A stretch of DNA of 64,000 nucleotides. Source: Bacteroidota bacterium. Lineage in GTDB: Bacteria > Bacteroidota > Bacteroidia > UBA7662. The stretch is taken from positions 10,272-74,271 of the forward strand of contig SYHW01000068.1 in assembly GCA_005799065.1 (NCBI GenBank), in the 5' to 3' direction. This document shows positions 1 through 8,678 of the stretch, piece by piece; position 1 is the first letter of the stretch, and each line of letters begins with the position of its first letter. Position numbers and translations under genes: made by a program. Below the pieces are notes generated by a model. That model did no database searches, was not told where the DNA came from, and worked only from the letters and a program-made list of their open reading frames with translations.

Positions 1-55
1 TGATGTCTGCTTTGTTCGAATGATGATGATTTTCCGCCCCACATACACTTTTTAG

Positions 56-63
56 TAATTTTG
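56..63 (+). promoter_or_regulatory. candidate Bacteroidota-type -7 promoter box (TAATTTTG, fits TAnnTTTG) for the mevalonate operon
   Basis: Exact TAnnTTTG match ending 14 nt before the ATG at 78. No clean TTTG -33 element at canonical spacing. Confidence 0.3.
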
Positions 64-77
64 CCCGTATTCGTTCC

Positions 78-1430
78 ATGAAAAAGACCATAGGTTTCTC
101 GCGTCTCACACGTGATGAAAAAATTGAGTTCATCGCCCGTCAGCATTTTTCCCAACCGGAAGAGGCCATTCGGTTGCTGCAAACCTACCAGCACACCGAC
201 CCAGAAGTTCAGAAACGCCATGATGAATTCATCGAAAACAGCCTCACGAACTTCTATATGCCCTATGGCGTGGCGCCTAACTTTCTCATCAATGGCACCA
301 ACTATACCATTCCCATGGTGATCGAGGAAAGCTCAGTGGTGGCCGCTGCAGCCAAGAGCGCCTCATTTTGGTTTGACCGAGGAGGTTTTCAGGCCCAAGT
401 GTTGTCGACACGCAAAATCGGTCATGTTCATTTCCTGTGGAACGGCAACGAAATTGAACTCAGGGAGCGGATGCCCGGAATTGACGCGCAATTACGTGCG
501 GCTACAGAACGTCTTGGTGCCCAGATGAAAGCCCGAGGGGGCGGCATTATCCAATTGGAACTCCTGGCCAAGCCGGAAATAGAGCCCGGTTATTACCAAC
601 TCAAAGCCACTTTTGAGACCTGCGATGCGATGGGAGCCAACTTCATCAACAGTCACCTCGAATGCTTCGCACGAGAACTTCGTACCTATATCGAAAGCGA
701 TCATTCGCTACCCGAAGCACACCGAAGCCTCACGGTGGTCATGAGCATTCTCAGCAACTACACCCCCGAATGCCTGGTACGTGCCGAGGTGACCTGTGCG
801 ATTGAGGCCTTGGCAGACGGCGACGACTACACCAATGAGCAGTTTGTTGATCGGTTCCTTCAGGCCTTACATATTGCTCGAGAGGAGCCCTACCGTGCCG
901 TTACCCACAATAAAGGAATCATGAACGGTATAGACGCAGTTGTGCTGGCTACAGGAAACGATTTTCGTGCCGTTGAGGCTTGCGCACATGCCTATGCCGC
1001 CCGCGATGGTCAGTACCGCAGCCTCACGCAAGCGGAAGTGGTTGATGGGCATTTCCGGTTTTGGCTCGACATCCCACTGGCGCTTGGAACAGTGGGTGGA
1101 CTCACCAGCCTTCACCCGATGGTGCGTACGTCCCTCGAAATGCTCAACAATCCCCACGCAGGTCAACTCATGGAAATCGTGGCCTGCGTCGGATTGGCCC
1201 AAAACTTTTCGGCCGTCAAATCCCTTGTCACCACAGGGATTCAAAAGGGTCATATGAAAATGCATCTGCTCAATATTCTGAATCAGTTGGGTGCCACAGA
1301 AATGGAAAAAGAGCGAACCAAAACCTACTTCAGCGATAAGTCGATCAGCTTCCAAGCGGTGGGTGAGTATCTGAAAAAACTGCGTGGACAATCCGCTGTT
1401 CAGGTTATGAGTCACATTCACCCCAATTAA
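78..1430 (+). CDS. hydroxymethylglutaryl-CoA reductase, class II type
   Basis: 450-aa ORF with the motifs EESSVVAAA, DAMGANFIN, NKGIMNGIDAVVLATGND and GTVGG. First gene of a tightly spaced 5-gene operon. Confidence 0.93.
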   Translation: MKKTIGFSRLTRDEKIEFIARQHFSQPEEAIRLLQTYQHTDPEVQKRHDEFIENSLTNFYMPYGVAPNFLINGTNYTIPMVIEESSVVAAAAKSASFWFDRGGFQAQVLSTRKIGHVHFLWNGNEIELRERMPGIDAQLRAATERLGAQMKARGGGIIQLELLAKPEIEPGYYQLKATFETCDAMGANFINSHLECFARELRTYIESDHSLPEAHRSLTVVMSILSNYTPECLVRAEVTCAIEALADGDDYTNEQFVDRFLQALHIAREEPYRAVTHNKGIMNGIDAVVLATGNDFRAVEACAHAYAARDGQYRSLTQAEVVDGHFRFWLDIPLALGTVGGLTSLHPMVRTSLEMLNNPHAGQLMEIVACVGLAQNFSAVKSLVTTGIQKGHMKMHLLNILNQLGATEMEKERTKTYFSDKSISFQAVGEYLKKLRGQSAVQVMSHIHPN

Positions 1431-1435
1431 TTCGG

Positions 1436-2491
1436 GTGGTCCGCGACTACCACGCCCGCGGCAAACTGCTTCTGACGGGGGAATATGTTGTGATGCACGG
1501 TGCGCTCGCTTTGGCTTGCCCCACCCGTCGCGGTCAATCCATGTTCATTAGCCCTTATCGGCCGGCCCGCATTCATTGGAAGGCATTCACCCCACGGGGC
1601 GAAGTATGGTTAGAAGCAGAATGGAACTGGTTGGGGATGATCCAGGAGAAAACGAAAGAACCAGTCATTCAATTTTTGGAACCGGAAGGGTTAATACCTT
1701 CGAAACTATTGGTCCTCCAAAATAAGGGAGCAGGCACCGAAGCAGCCGTTTCCCGCTTGGAATCATGGATTACTCATGCTATGTTGCTGTCGCATCAAAC
1801 CAACCCGGAGTACTTCCATGAGCAGATAGAACGGGTGAAGGCGGAAGGCATTTCGGTAGACACTTATCTAGAATTTGAACGCGATTGGGGGCTAGGTAGC
1901 AGCAGCAGCCTCATTTCTTTGTTGGCGCAATGGTGGGGTTGTAGGCCAATGGAACTTCACGCTGCGACCCAAGGTGGCAGTGGTTATGATCAGGCGTGTG
2001 CCACCGCCAGCGGGCCGATCCACTACCAACTTTTGGCACCCGCTCTTAGTCCGAACGCCCGGCCGATCGCATTCCAGCCGGACTTTCACGAGCATCTACT
2101 ATTCGTCTACACCGGCAAGAAGCAGTCGACCGATCATTCCATCCGGCAGTTCGGGCAGCGATCAACTGCAGCCGAAACCTGCCTGCAGGAAATTTCTGAG
2201 TGTACCCATCAATTAACGTTTGCCACCGATTTAATGACCTTTATGGAGATCATGCATCGGCACGAACGCATCATGTCGGGCTTATTAGGTGAAGAGCCGA
2301 TACAGTCAGCGAGATTCATCGGTTTTCCCGGACAAACCAAATCACTTGGTGCATGGGGGGGCGATTTTATCCTTGCAGCAACAACCGAACCCGAACAAGC
2401 CAAGAAATTTTTAACCAACAATGGGTTTTCGGTGATCTTCGCCTTCCATGAGTTGTTGCTTTGTCCACGCATAAACAATCCACAGACTTGA
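1436..2491 (+). CDS. GHMP-family kinase of the GYDIA type (candidate phosphomevalonate or mevalonate kinase)
   Basis: GTG start 5 nt after the HMGR stop. GHMP N-terminal motif GKLLLTGEYVVMHG, ATP loop GLGSSSS, and a GSGYDQA signature resembling the GYDIA GHMP-kinase family. Confidence 0.8.
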   Translation: MVRDYHARGKLLLTGEYVVMHGALALACPTRRGQSMFISPYRPARIHWKAFTPRGEVWLEAEWNWLGMIQEKTKEPVIQFLEPEGLIPSKLLVLQNKGAGTEAAVSRLESWITHAMLLSHQTNPEYFHEQIERVKAEGISVDTYLEFERDWGLGSSSSLISLLAQWWGCRPMELHAATQGGSGYDQACATASGPIHYQLLAPALSPNARPIAFQPDFHEHLLFVYTGKKQSTDHSIRQFGQRSTAAETCLQEISECTHQLTFATDLMTFMEIMHRHERIMSGLLGEEPIQSARFIGFPGQTKSLGAWGGDFILAATTEPEQAKKFLTNNGFSVIFAFHELLLCPRINNPQT

Positions 2492-2498
2492 CGAGCTT

Positions 2499-3821
2499 GT
2501 GCAACCACCTATGAAATCTGAGAAAAAAAAGGAAATCGATGGCCTAACCGATGGCGTTTCCGATTCCACCAAGTGTGCCGCTGGTTTATCTCCCCAGTCC
2601 CAAGGCCTCCCTCTTTCCGATCGGTTCCCCCAGTCCCAAGGCCTCCCTCTTTCCGATCGGTTCCCCCAATCCCAAAGCCTCCCTCTGTCCCAAAGCCTCC
2701 CTCTTTCCGATCGGCTTCCCCTAAAGGAAACACCCGCGCTGGAAGGCAGCGTAGCCTGGGAGGCGCCATCCAACATTGCACTCATCAAATACTGGGGAAA
2801 ATATGGGCAACAAATGCCAGCTAACCCCTCCATCAGTTTCAGCCTAAAAGCCTGTGTATCCCAAACCAAAGTCCATTTTAAACCCCAATCCGGCGGCGGG
2901 GTTCGGTTTTCACTGAGTGGGCAACAGAATCCAGATTTTCAGACCAGAATTGAGAAATTCCTCAACAGCGTGGAACTGCACTATCCTTGGCTCAGAGAAT
3001 ATGCCTTAGATATTGCGTCGACCAACAGCTTCCCCCACAGCAGTGGCATCGCCTCCTCAGCATCGGGTTTTGCCGCCTTGGCCCTGTGCGTCGAACAAAT
3101 CGACCAGCATCTACGCCTTACGGCTGAACAGGGGTCGGCTGTTCATCATCCCGAGCCGTCGGCCCACCTGGCCGATGCACATTTTTTAAACCGGGCATCC
3201 CAGTTGGCTCGTTTGGGATCGGGGTCAGCCTGCCGTTCGGTTTATGGTGGATGGGTACAGTGGGGAATGCACCCTGCCACGCCCGAAAGTCGAAATGAGT
3301 ATGCTATCGCCCACCAATCGGCCATTCACCCCGTGTTCACCGATTATCGCGACACCATCTTGCTCATTCACAAAGGAGTCAAGCAAACCGGGAGCACCGC
3401 CGGGCACAAATTGATGGAGGGTAACCCCTATGCAGATGCCCGATATCGACAGGCAAACGAGCGGATCCCCCGGCTGTTGTCGATTTTGGCATCGGGCGAT
3501 TTAACGGAATTCGGTTTATTGGTGGAGTCGGAGGCCCTCACCCTTCATGCATTGATGATGGCTTCGGAGCCCTCGTTTATGCTGATGATGCCCAATACAC
3601 TGGCCGCCATTCGCGAAATTCAGGCATTTCGCAAACAAAATGGGCTTCCCGTGCATTATACTCTGGATGCAGGTGCCAATCTGCATCTATTGTATCCCGC
3701 ACAACACGAAACGGAGGTCATGTTACTCATTAACAATAGCCTAATGCAATATTGCGAAAATCAGGCGTATATTTGTGATTCTGTGGGAACAGGTCCTCGG
3801 CCCATTAATCCCTTAGTATGA
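2499..3821 (+). CDS. mvaD: diphosphomevalonate decarboxylase with a repeat-containing N-terminal extension
   Basis: Conserved core starts at WEAPSNIALIKYWGK (about aa 87), with GIASSASG and GSGSACRS motifs. The ORF opens at GTG 2499 (ATG at 2511), so roughly the first 80 aa are low-complexity repeats. The true start is uncertain. Confidence 0.88.
   Translation: MQPPMKSEKKKEIDGLTDGVSDSTKCAAGLSPQSQGLPLSDRFPQSQGLPLSDRFPQSQSLPLSQSLPLSDRLPLKETPALEGSVAWEAPSNIALIKYWGKYGQQMPANPSISFSLKACVSQTKVHFKPQSGGGVRFSLSGQQNPDFQTRIEKFLNSVELHYPWLREYALDIASTNSFPHSSGIASSASGFAALALCVEQIDQHLRLTAEQGSAVHHPEPSAHLADAHFLNRASQLARLGSGSACRSVYGGWVQWGMHPATPESRNEYAIAHQSAIHPVFTDYRDTILLIHKGVKQTGSTAGHKLMEGNPYADARYRQANERIPRLLSILASGDLTEFGLLVESEALTLHALMMASEPSFMLMMPNTLAAIREIQAFRKQNGLPVHYTLDAGANLHLLYPAQHETEVMLLINNSLMQYCENQAYICDSVGTGPRPINPLV
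2592..2722 (+). repeat. 36-bp in-frame tandem repeat (two perfect units plus a degenerate third), encoding PQSQGLPLSDRF
   Basis: Units at 2592-2627 and 2628-2663 are identical. 2664-2722 is a degenerate continuation (PQSQSLPLSQSLPLSDRL). Confidence 0.95.
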
Positions 3822-4756
3822 TTAAAAACTCACTCTACTACGCCAAAATTTTGTTGTTCGGGGAGTATGGCATCATTGAAGATGCTCAAGGTCTTTCGAT
3901 TCCCTACGACGACTATAAAGCCCGCTTTTCCTTTGAGCAAGTAGAAAGCGAGTCGGCAAAAGACAGCAACCAAAAACTCAAGGCATACGCCCTTCACCTG
4001 CATGAAAGTTGTAGCGCAGGCCGCCTCACCGTGGCCATCGATACGGAGCGGATGCTAGCAGATATTGAAATAGGGATGCACTTCGATTCCAGTATCCCAC
4101 AAGGATATGGTGTTGGCAGTTCAGGGGCGCTGGTGGCAGCAACCTACGCCCGATATGCTGCCAAGCCTATAAAAGCCGAAACCGATCATACCCCCGAGCA
4201 ACTACAACAACTCAAATCGGAATTAGCTGCGCTGGAGTGTTTTTTCCACGGACGGTCATCAGGGATGGATCCACTCATCTGCTACTTGCAAATTCCTATT
4301 CTCTTTAATGGAAAGAGCGATTTGGGGGCTGTTCAACTCCCGCAGGAGCAACAAGGAGCAGGCGCCATTTTTCTGTTGAACACCGGTGAGGCGGGCGAAA
4401 CGCAGCCTCTGGTGAACCTCTTTATGGAGCGACTCAAACAGGACGGTTTCCGTCGAATGATTCGTACAGAATTCAGGAAATACAACAACGCTTGCATAAA
4501 AAGCTTTCTCAAGGGCGATGTTCAGCCGCTGTTTCGTAATCTTCGCAAGTTGTCGCAACTGGCCCTCGATAATTTCAAACCCATGATTCCCGACCTTTTC
4601 CATCAATTGTGGAAGCAAGGCATCGAAACCGAAGCCTATTACCTCAAGCTATGCGGCTCGGGTGGCGGAGGGTACATCCTCGGTTTCACGAAGGATTATG
4701 AACGGGCGCGTCAATTGCTGGTTGATTACGACCTCAAAGTGGTCTATCGGTTCTAA
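3818..4756 (+). CDS. GHMP-family kinase, mevalonate kinase-like
   Basis: 312 aa with an ATGA overlap with the decarboxylase. Motifs KILLFGEYGI, PQGYGVGSSGALVAA and CGSGGGG. I cannot tell by eye which kinase step (mevalonate or phosphomevalonate) it performs. Confidence 0.8.
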   Translation: MIKNSLYYAKILLFGEYGIIEDAQGLSIPYDDYKARFSFEQVESESAKDSNQKLKAYALHLHESCSAGRLTVAIDTERMLADIEIGMHFDSSIPQGYGVGSSGALVAATYARYAAKPIKAETDHTPEQLQQLKSELAALECFFHGRSSGMDPLICYLQIPILFNGKSDLGAVQLPQEQQGAGAIFLLNTGEAGETQPLVNLFMERLKQDGFRRMIRTEFRKYNNACIKSFLKGDVQPLFRNLRKLSQLALDNFKPMIPDLFHQLWKQGIETEAYYLKLCGSGGGGYILGFTKDYERARQLLVDYDLKVVYRF

Positions 4757-5658
4757 TGGTCCGTTCGTCGCTTCGGATGGGAAACGGAAACGATGCCCGG
4801 CGACTGCAATTCGTGCGCTTTTTGGCCTTTTTATCACTCATTCGGTGGTATAACTTGTTTTTAGTGCTCATGGCCCAGTTCCTCGCGGCACGGTTCGTTT
4901 TGGTGGGTCAATCAGAACAGTGGAATTGGCTGCTCGACAGGGGCTTATGGGGTCTAGCCCTGGCTGGAAGCATCTTGTTGGCAGGGGGCTACGTCATCAA
5001 TGCATTCTATGATATGGAAACAGACCTTGCGAACCGACCTCAGGAAGTGATCGTGGGCCGGGTCATCTCCAAAAAACATGCACTTCAAGCCTGGTTGGTG
5101 TTAAACGGGGTCGGACTCACGCTCAGTGCCTTTTTATCGCCCCGGCTTCTGCTCTTCTACTTCCTTTATAGTGGTTCCTTATGGCTCTATTCACATAAAT
5201 TGCGAAAGTTTCCACTCATAGGAGAAATAGCCGCAGCTTTTCTGAGCGTTTCTGCATTTTTTACCATCTGCGTGCATTATCAATCGGTGAATGCCGGGCT
5301 GCTGATCCTCGCAGCCTTGTTTTGGGTTCTGGTTTTGGCCCGTGAAATGGTTAAAAAATTGATCAACATGAAAGGCGATCTTGTGTTTGGCTACAGAACC
5401 TTCCCCATCGAATATGGACTTAAAAAAACACGACGGCTACTCGTGATTTTGCACACAACGGCGCTTTTACCCCTATTGGCATTCACCCTATTAAACCACA
5501 GTGCATCAACGTACCTATTTGCCGGACTCGTAGGCTCTGGGGTCTGGGCATCCTTGTATTTAACGTTCAAAGCCGTTCGTCCTGCAGACCACCACCGAAT
5601 CAACACAGCGCTAAAATTCATCCTTTTGATGTGCATTGGGGGAATTATTTTGATTTAA
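4756..5658 (+). CDS. UbiA-family polyprenyltransferase (archaeal DGGGP-synthase-like type)
   Basis: 300 aa with a TAATG overlap with the upstream kinase. Multiple hydrophobic helices. First Asp-rich motif NAFYDMETD (NxxxDxxxD). The second motif is degenerate (NMKGD). Confidence 0.8.
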   Translation: MVRSSLRMGNGNDARRLQFVRFLAFLSLIRWYNLFLVLMAQFLAARFVLVGQSEQWNWLLDRGLWGLALAGSILLAGGYVINAFYDMETDLANRPQEVIVGRVISKKHALQAWLVLNGVGLTLSAFLSPRLLLFYFLYSGSLWLYSHKLRKFPLIGEIAAAFLSVSAFFTICVHYQSVNAGLLILAALFWVLVLAREMVKKLINMKGDLVFGYRTFPIEYGLKKTRRLLVILHTTALLPLLAFTLLNHSASTYLFAGLVGSGVWASLYLTFKAVRPADHHRINTALKFILLMCIGGIILI

Positions 5659-5679
5659 TGCCGCATTGAATGACATGAT

Positions 5680-7110
5680 ATGTGTAGAATCATTCAAATA
5701 ATCATGATATTCATGGGATGCGTCATTGGTACTGGGCTTAAGGCGCAAACGATCACGGGCCGACTGAGTGAAATGCCTGGCCAGCGTATTCGTTTAGAGG
5801 GGTTCGCGGGATTTAAGACGTATACCATTTTGGAAACCCAAACAGATTCTATCGGGCAGTTTATGCTGACCTTTGGCAGAGCCGACCATGGTATGGCGTA
5901 CCTGCTGGCAGAGGATGAAAAACCTCTTTTGATCATTCTCAACGAGGAGAATGTCGAGATCAGCGGGCAGACTTTGGGCCGTCCCGAATCCATCAAGGTT
6001 CTCCATGGAGAAGAAAATCAAGTCTTTGAGCGATTCGCACAGGAGCATCCCAAACGCGAACAAGCACTGAGCGCATGGAGGTATTTGGAACGGTTATATA
6101 CCCAAGATCCCGTTTTCACACCGCAGCTAGACTCTAGGGCGGTGATTGATCGAGAGATGAAACGGATTTCCCAAGAGGACCATGATTTTATTGACCGATT
6201 GCCGGCCGATAGTTACACCCGCTGGTATCTTCCCGTGCGCCGCTTGGTGGGCAGTACTTCATCCTTGGCGCAACATCAAGTGGAGGAGATTCCCGCAGCC
6301 TTGGCTGCTTTTCGTCGACTCAACTATGCAGCCAATCGCCTATATAAAAGCGGGCTCTATAAGGAGTCTCTGGAGAACCACTTTTGGCTCATTGAGAACA
6401 GCGGCCGTTCGATCGATTCGGTTTTTTTGGAAATGCAACGTTCCATCGACTCATTGCTGCCTGGACTGAGTGCCCATGAGGAACGGTTCAATCAAGTTGT
6501 CGATTTTCTATTTGATCTACTCGAGCGCCATAGCCTCTTTGCAGCCTCTGAGTACCTGGCCATAAGTGTGCTTAATCAAAACCGTTGCACATTAAATGGC
6601 GACTTGGCTCGCCAGCTCGAAACTTATCGAGCCATGAAGAAGGGCAATATTGCCCCAGACATCATTTTTGGTGATCATATCCGACTGCCTTTGGATCGTC
6701 AGAACGACCAAACAACCATCCAGGTGCAGCCCAAAAGATTATCAGAAGTCAAGGCTAAATACTATGCAGTAGCCTTTGGCGCGAGTTGGTGCCCAAAATG
6801 CCGTTCCGAGCTGCCTGAGCTGCTGGGCGCATATTCTAAATGGAAATCACATGGCCTAGAAGTCATTTATATTTCACTCGACGATCGAAAGGAAGATTTT
6901 GAAAAATTCACAATCGATTGGCCATTTTCATCGTATTGCGATTAACAAAAATGGGAAAGTCGGGCTGCGGTTGATTATTACGTATATGCTACCCCAAGCT
7001 TGTTTCTACTCAATGAAAACCGACAAATTTTACTTAGACCGCAGTCGGTGAAACAGCTCGATGCATGGGTCGACTGGTACCTTGCGCGGGCTAACCCCGT
7101 CCGCCATTGA
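5680..7110 (+). pseudogene. TlpA/thioredoxin-fold thiol:disulfide oxidoreductase-like gene interrupted by an in-frame TAA
   Basis: Signal peptide, long helical N-domain, and WCPKC active site. TAA at 6943-6945, but the same frame stays open to TGA 7108-7110 and encodes QKWESRAAVDYYVYATPSLFLLNENRQILL, the expected cis-Pro end of the Trx fold. The extended frame ends 3 nt before the next gene. Confidence 0.7.
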
Positions 7111-7113
7111 TCT

Positions 7114-7860
7114 TCACTTTGGCGGCTGAATGCGTGGCATACGAAACTCATAGATCAGTGGCTTATCCCCACGCAGCATCAACAAATTTCCCTCCTTGTC
7201 GAAGCAAAAGGAGCGCAATTTTTTGGTTTTTACACGCCATGAGCGGACAATAGTGTAGGTCTCGGGGTGCAATCGAAACAGCATACGTTCATCCGAAGAA
7301 AACCCCCAGAGGGCGCCATCAAACCAAGCTAAAGCAGACAACGAAGCAATTGGAAGCCGATGCTCATGAATCTGCTGGAAATCCGTGTCAAATTCGGCTA
7401 AAATCATTCTTTTGTTTTGCATGCCCGCCGTCAGCACAAAAGCCTTACGCGCCGAATTCCAGATGAGTCCGCTTCCATAGCTTGAAGGCTGAATGGAAGC
7501 CGGAAGATCGAAGGTGTATTGGGGCAGCAATGTGCCGGCGTCATAAGCCACTACCTTTTTGACTCCAGCATCGCGAACATACACCACCTTTTCATGCGCA
7601 CATACGGCCTGGTAATCACTGCCTTCCCGTTCACTGCTTCGGATGGGCGACCAAAGTTGACTAAAGCTATACACCCTCCCCCGATCGCCAGTAAGGTAGA
7701 ATCGTTTAAGACGTAAATCAAATGTTATACATTGCGGCGAAGGTACGTCTACCGTAAAAAAGCGTTCAGGCTTTAGTACTGCGGACTTTTGTGCGTAGAG
7801 TGTACCTTGTAACAACAGGCTGATTAAGCCGCATAAGGCCATACGCTTGAACCAGCGCAT
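7114..7860 (-). CDS. hypothetical secreted protein (possible beta-propeller)
   Basis: The ORF opens at 7899. A signal-peptide-like MRWFKRMALCGLISLLLQGTLYAQ begins at 7860. No catalytic motif recognised. Confidence 0.6.
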   Translation of the reverse strand: MRWFKRMALCGLISLLLQGTLYAQKSAVLKPERFFTVDVPSPQCITFDLRLKRFYLTGDRGRVYSFSQLWSPIRSSEREGSDYQAVCAHEKVVYVRDAGVKKVVAYDAGTLLPQYTFDLPASIQPSSYGSGLIWNSARKAFVLTAGMQNKRMILAEFDTDFQQIHEHRLPIASLSALAWFDGALWGFSSDERMLFRLHPETYTIVRSWRVKTKKLRSFCFDKEGNLLMLRGDKPLIYEFRMPRIQPPK

Positions 7861-7906
7861 GGGATGGGCAAACCGTTTAGGGGGCTGACACTTTGGCATA
7901 TTTTTA

Positions 7907-7938
7907 TTGATGGCAGGGCATTTGTAGCCCTATATTTG
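7907..7938 (+). promoter_or_regulatory. candidate promoter of grpE-dnaJ (-33-like TTG, -7 TATATTTG)
   Basis: TATATTTG (TAnnTTTG) at 7931-7938, and TTG at 7907-7909 with 21-nt spacing. Lies 41 nt upstream of the grpE ATG. Confidence 0.35.
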
Positions 7939-7978
7939 AAACCGAAAATACGATACAAAACGAACCATCAGCAAACCT

Positions 7979-8674
7979 ATGACAGCCGAATTCGAAAATA
8001 ATCCAAACCGAGACGACAATTCGTCTGCCGAATACTCTTTTCAAGAGCCGCAAGCAGGCGCAGCATCAGCAACGAATCGAGAGCCGCAAGCAGGCGCAGC
8101 ATCAGAAGGAACGAATGAACAGCATGCGGAGGGAGCCGCTTCCTCCGAAACCGCTTCCTCCGAAACCGCTTCCTCCGAAACCGCTTCCTCCGAAACCGCT
8201 TCCTCAGAAACCGCTTCCTCAGAAACCGCTTCTGTCGAATCAGGTGGTGAATTAGAAGAAATGCAAAAGAAATATCTGTATCTACTTTCCGAATTTGAGA
8301 ATTTCAAAAGGCGGAGCGCGCGCGAGCGGCTCGATTTGTTTAAGAATGCATCCAAAGACTTATTGGTCGACCTGCTCCCCGTACTGGACGATTTTGAGCG
8401 CGGATTGGCGGCCATGGAACAAGCCAAAGAAGTCTCGGCCGTGAAAACCGGCGTAGATCTGGTTTACCAAAAATTCCGGGGTATTCTTCAGTCGCGCGGC
8501 CTGCAACCCATTGCTGCAGTTGGTGAGGCCTTCGATACTGAGTTCCATGAAGCAATTTCCCAAGCCCCGGCGGCCAATGATGCCAAGAGGAATACGGTGT
8601 TGGTGGAGGTCGAAAAGGGGTATAAGCTCAACGAACAAGTCGTTCGGTATGCGAAAGTGATTGTAGCCGTTTAA
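7979..8674 (+). CDS. grpE: nucleotide exchange factor GrpE with a repeat-rich acidic N-terminal extension
   Basis: C-terminal two thirds matches GrpE ([13 protein letters not shown]-type helix [19 protein letters not shown], then [10 protein letters not shown] ... VVRYAKVIV). The first ~90 aa are low-complexity repeats. Confidence 0.92.
   Translation: MTAEFENNPNRDDNSSAEYSFQEPQAGAASATNREPQAGAASEGTNEQHAEGAASSETASSETASSETASSETASSETASSETASVESGGELEEMQKKYLYLLSEFENFKRRSARERLDLFKNASKDLLVDLLPVLDDFERGLAAMEQAKEVSAVKTGVDLVYQKFRGILQSRGLQPIAAVGEAFDTEFHEAISQAPAANDAKRNTVLVEVEKGYKLNEQVVRYAKVIVAV
8045..8105 (+). repeat. 36-bp-period direct repeat (EPQAGAAS) in the grpE 5' region
   Basis: gagccgcaagcaggcgcagcatcag occurs at 8045-8069 and again at 8081-8105. 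Confidence 0.9.
8135..8236 (+). repeat. 15-bp in-frame tandem repeat, six copies (ETASS) in grpE
   Basis: gaaaccgcttcctcc units at 8147, 8162, 8177, 8192, 8207 and 8222, with single-base variants in the last units, preceded by a partial unit. Confidence 0.95.
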
Positions 8675-8678
8675 CGAT

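Noticed and set aside
867-1421. Long antisense or out-of-frame ORFs inside confident genes (867-1421, 2411-2869, 21617-22129, 33906-34424, 57067-57735 and similar)
   Set aside because: Each lies entirely within a gene with strong family motifs. Their translations are low-complexity or Arg/Pro/Ser-rich with no recognisable motifs. They are expected by chance at this GC content.
6943-6945. Recoding (selenocysteine or pyrrolysine) at the in-frame stop of the thioredoxin-fold gene
   Set aside because: The codon is TAA. Selenocysteine uses TGA and pyrrolysine uses TAG. The redox CxxC (WCPKC) lies upstream and is intact.
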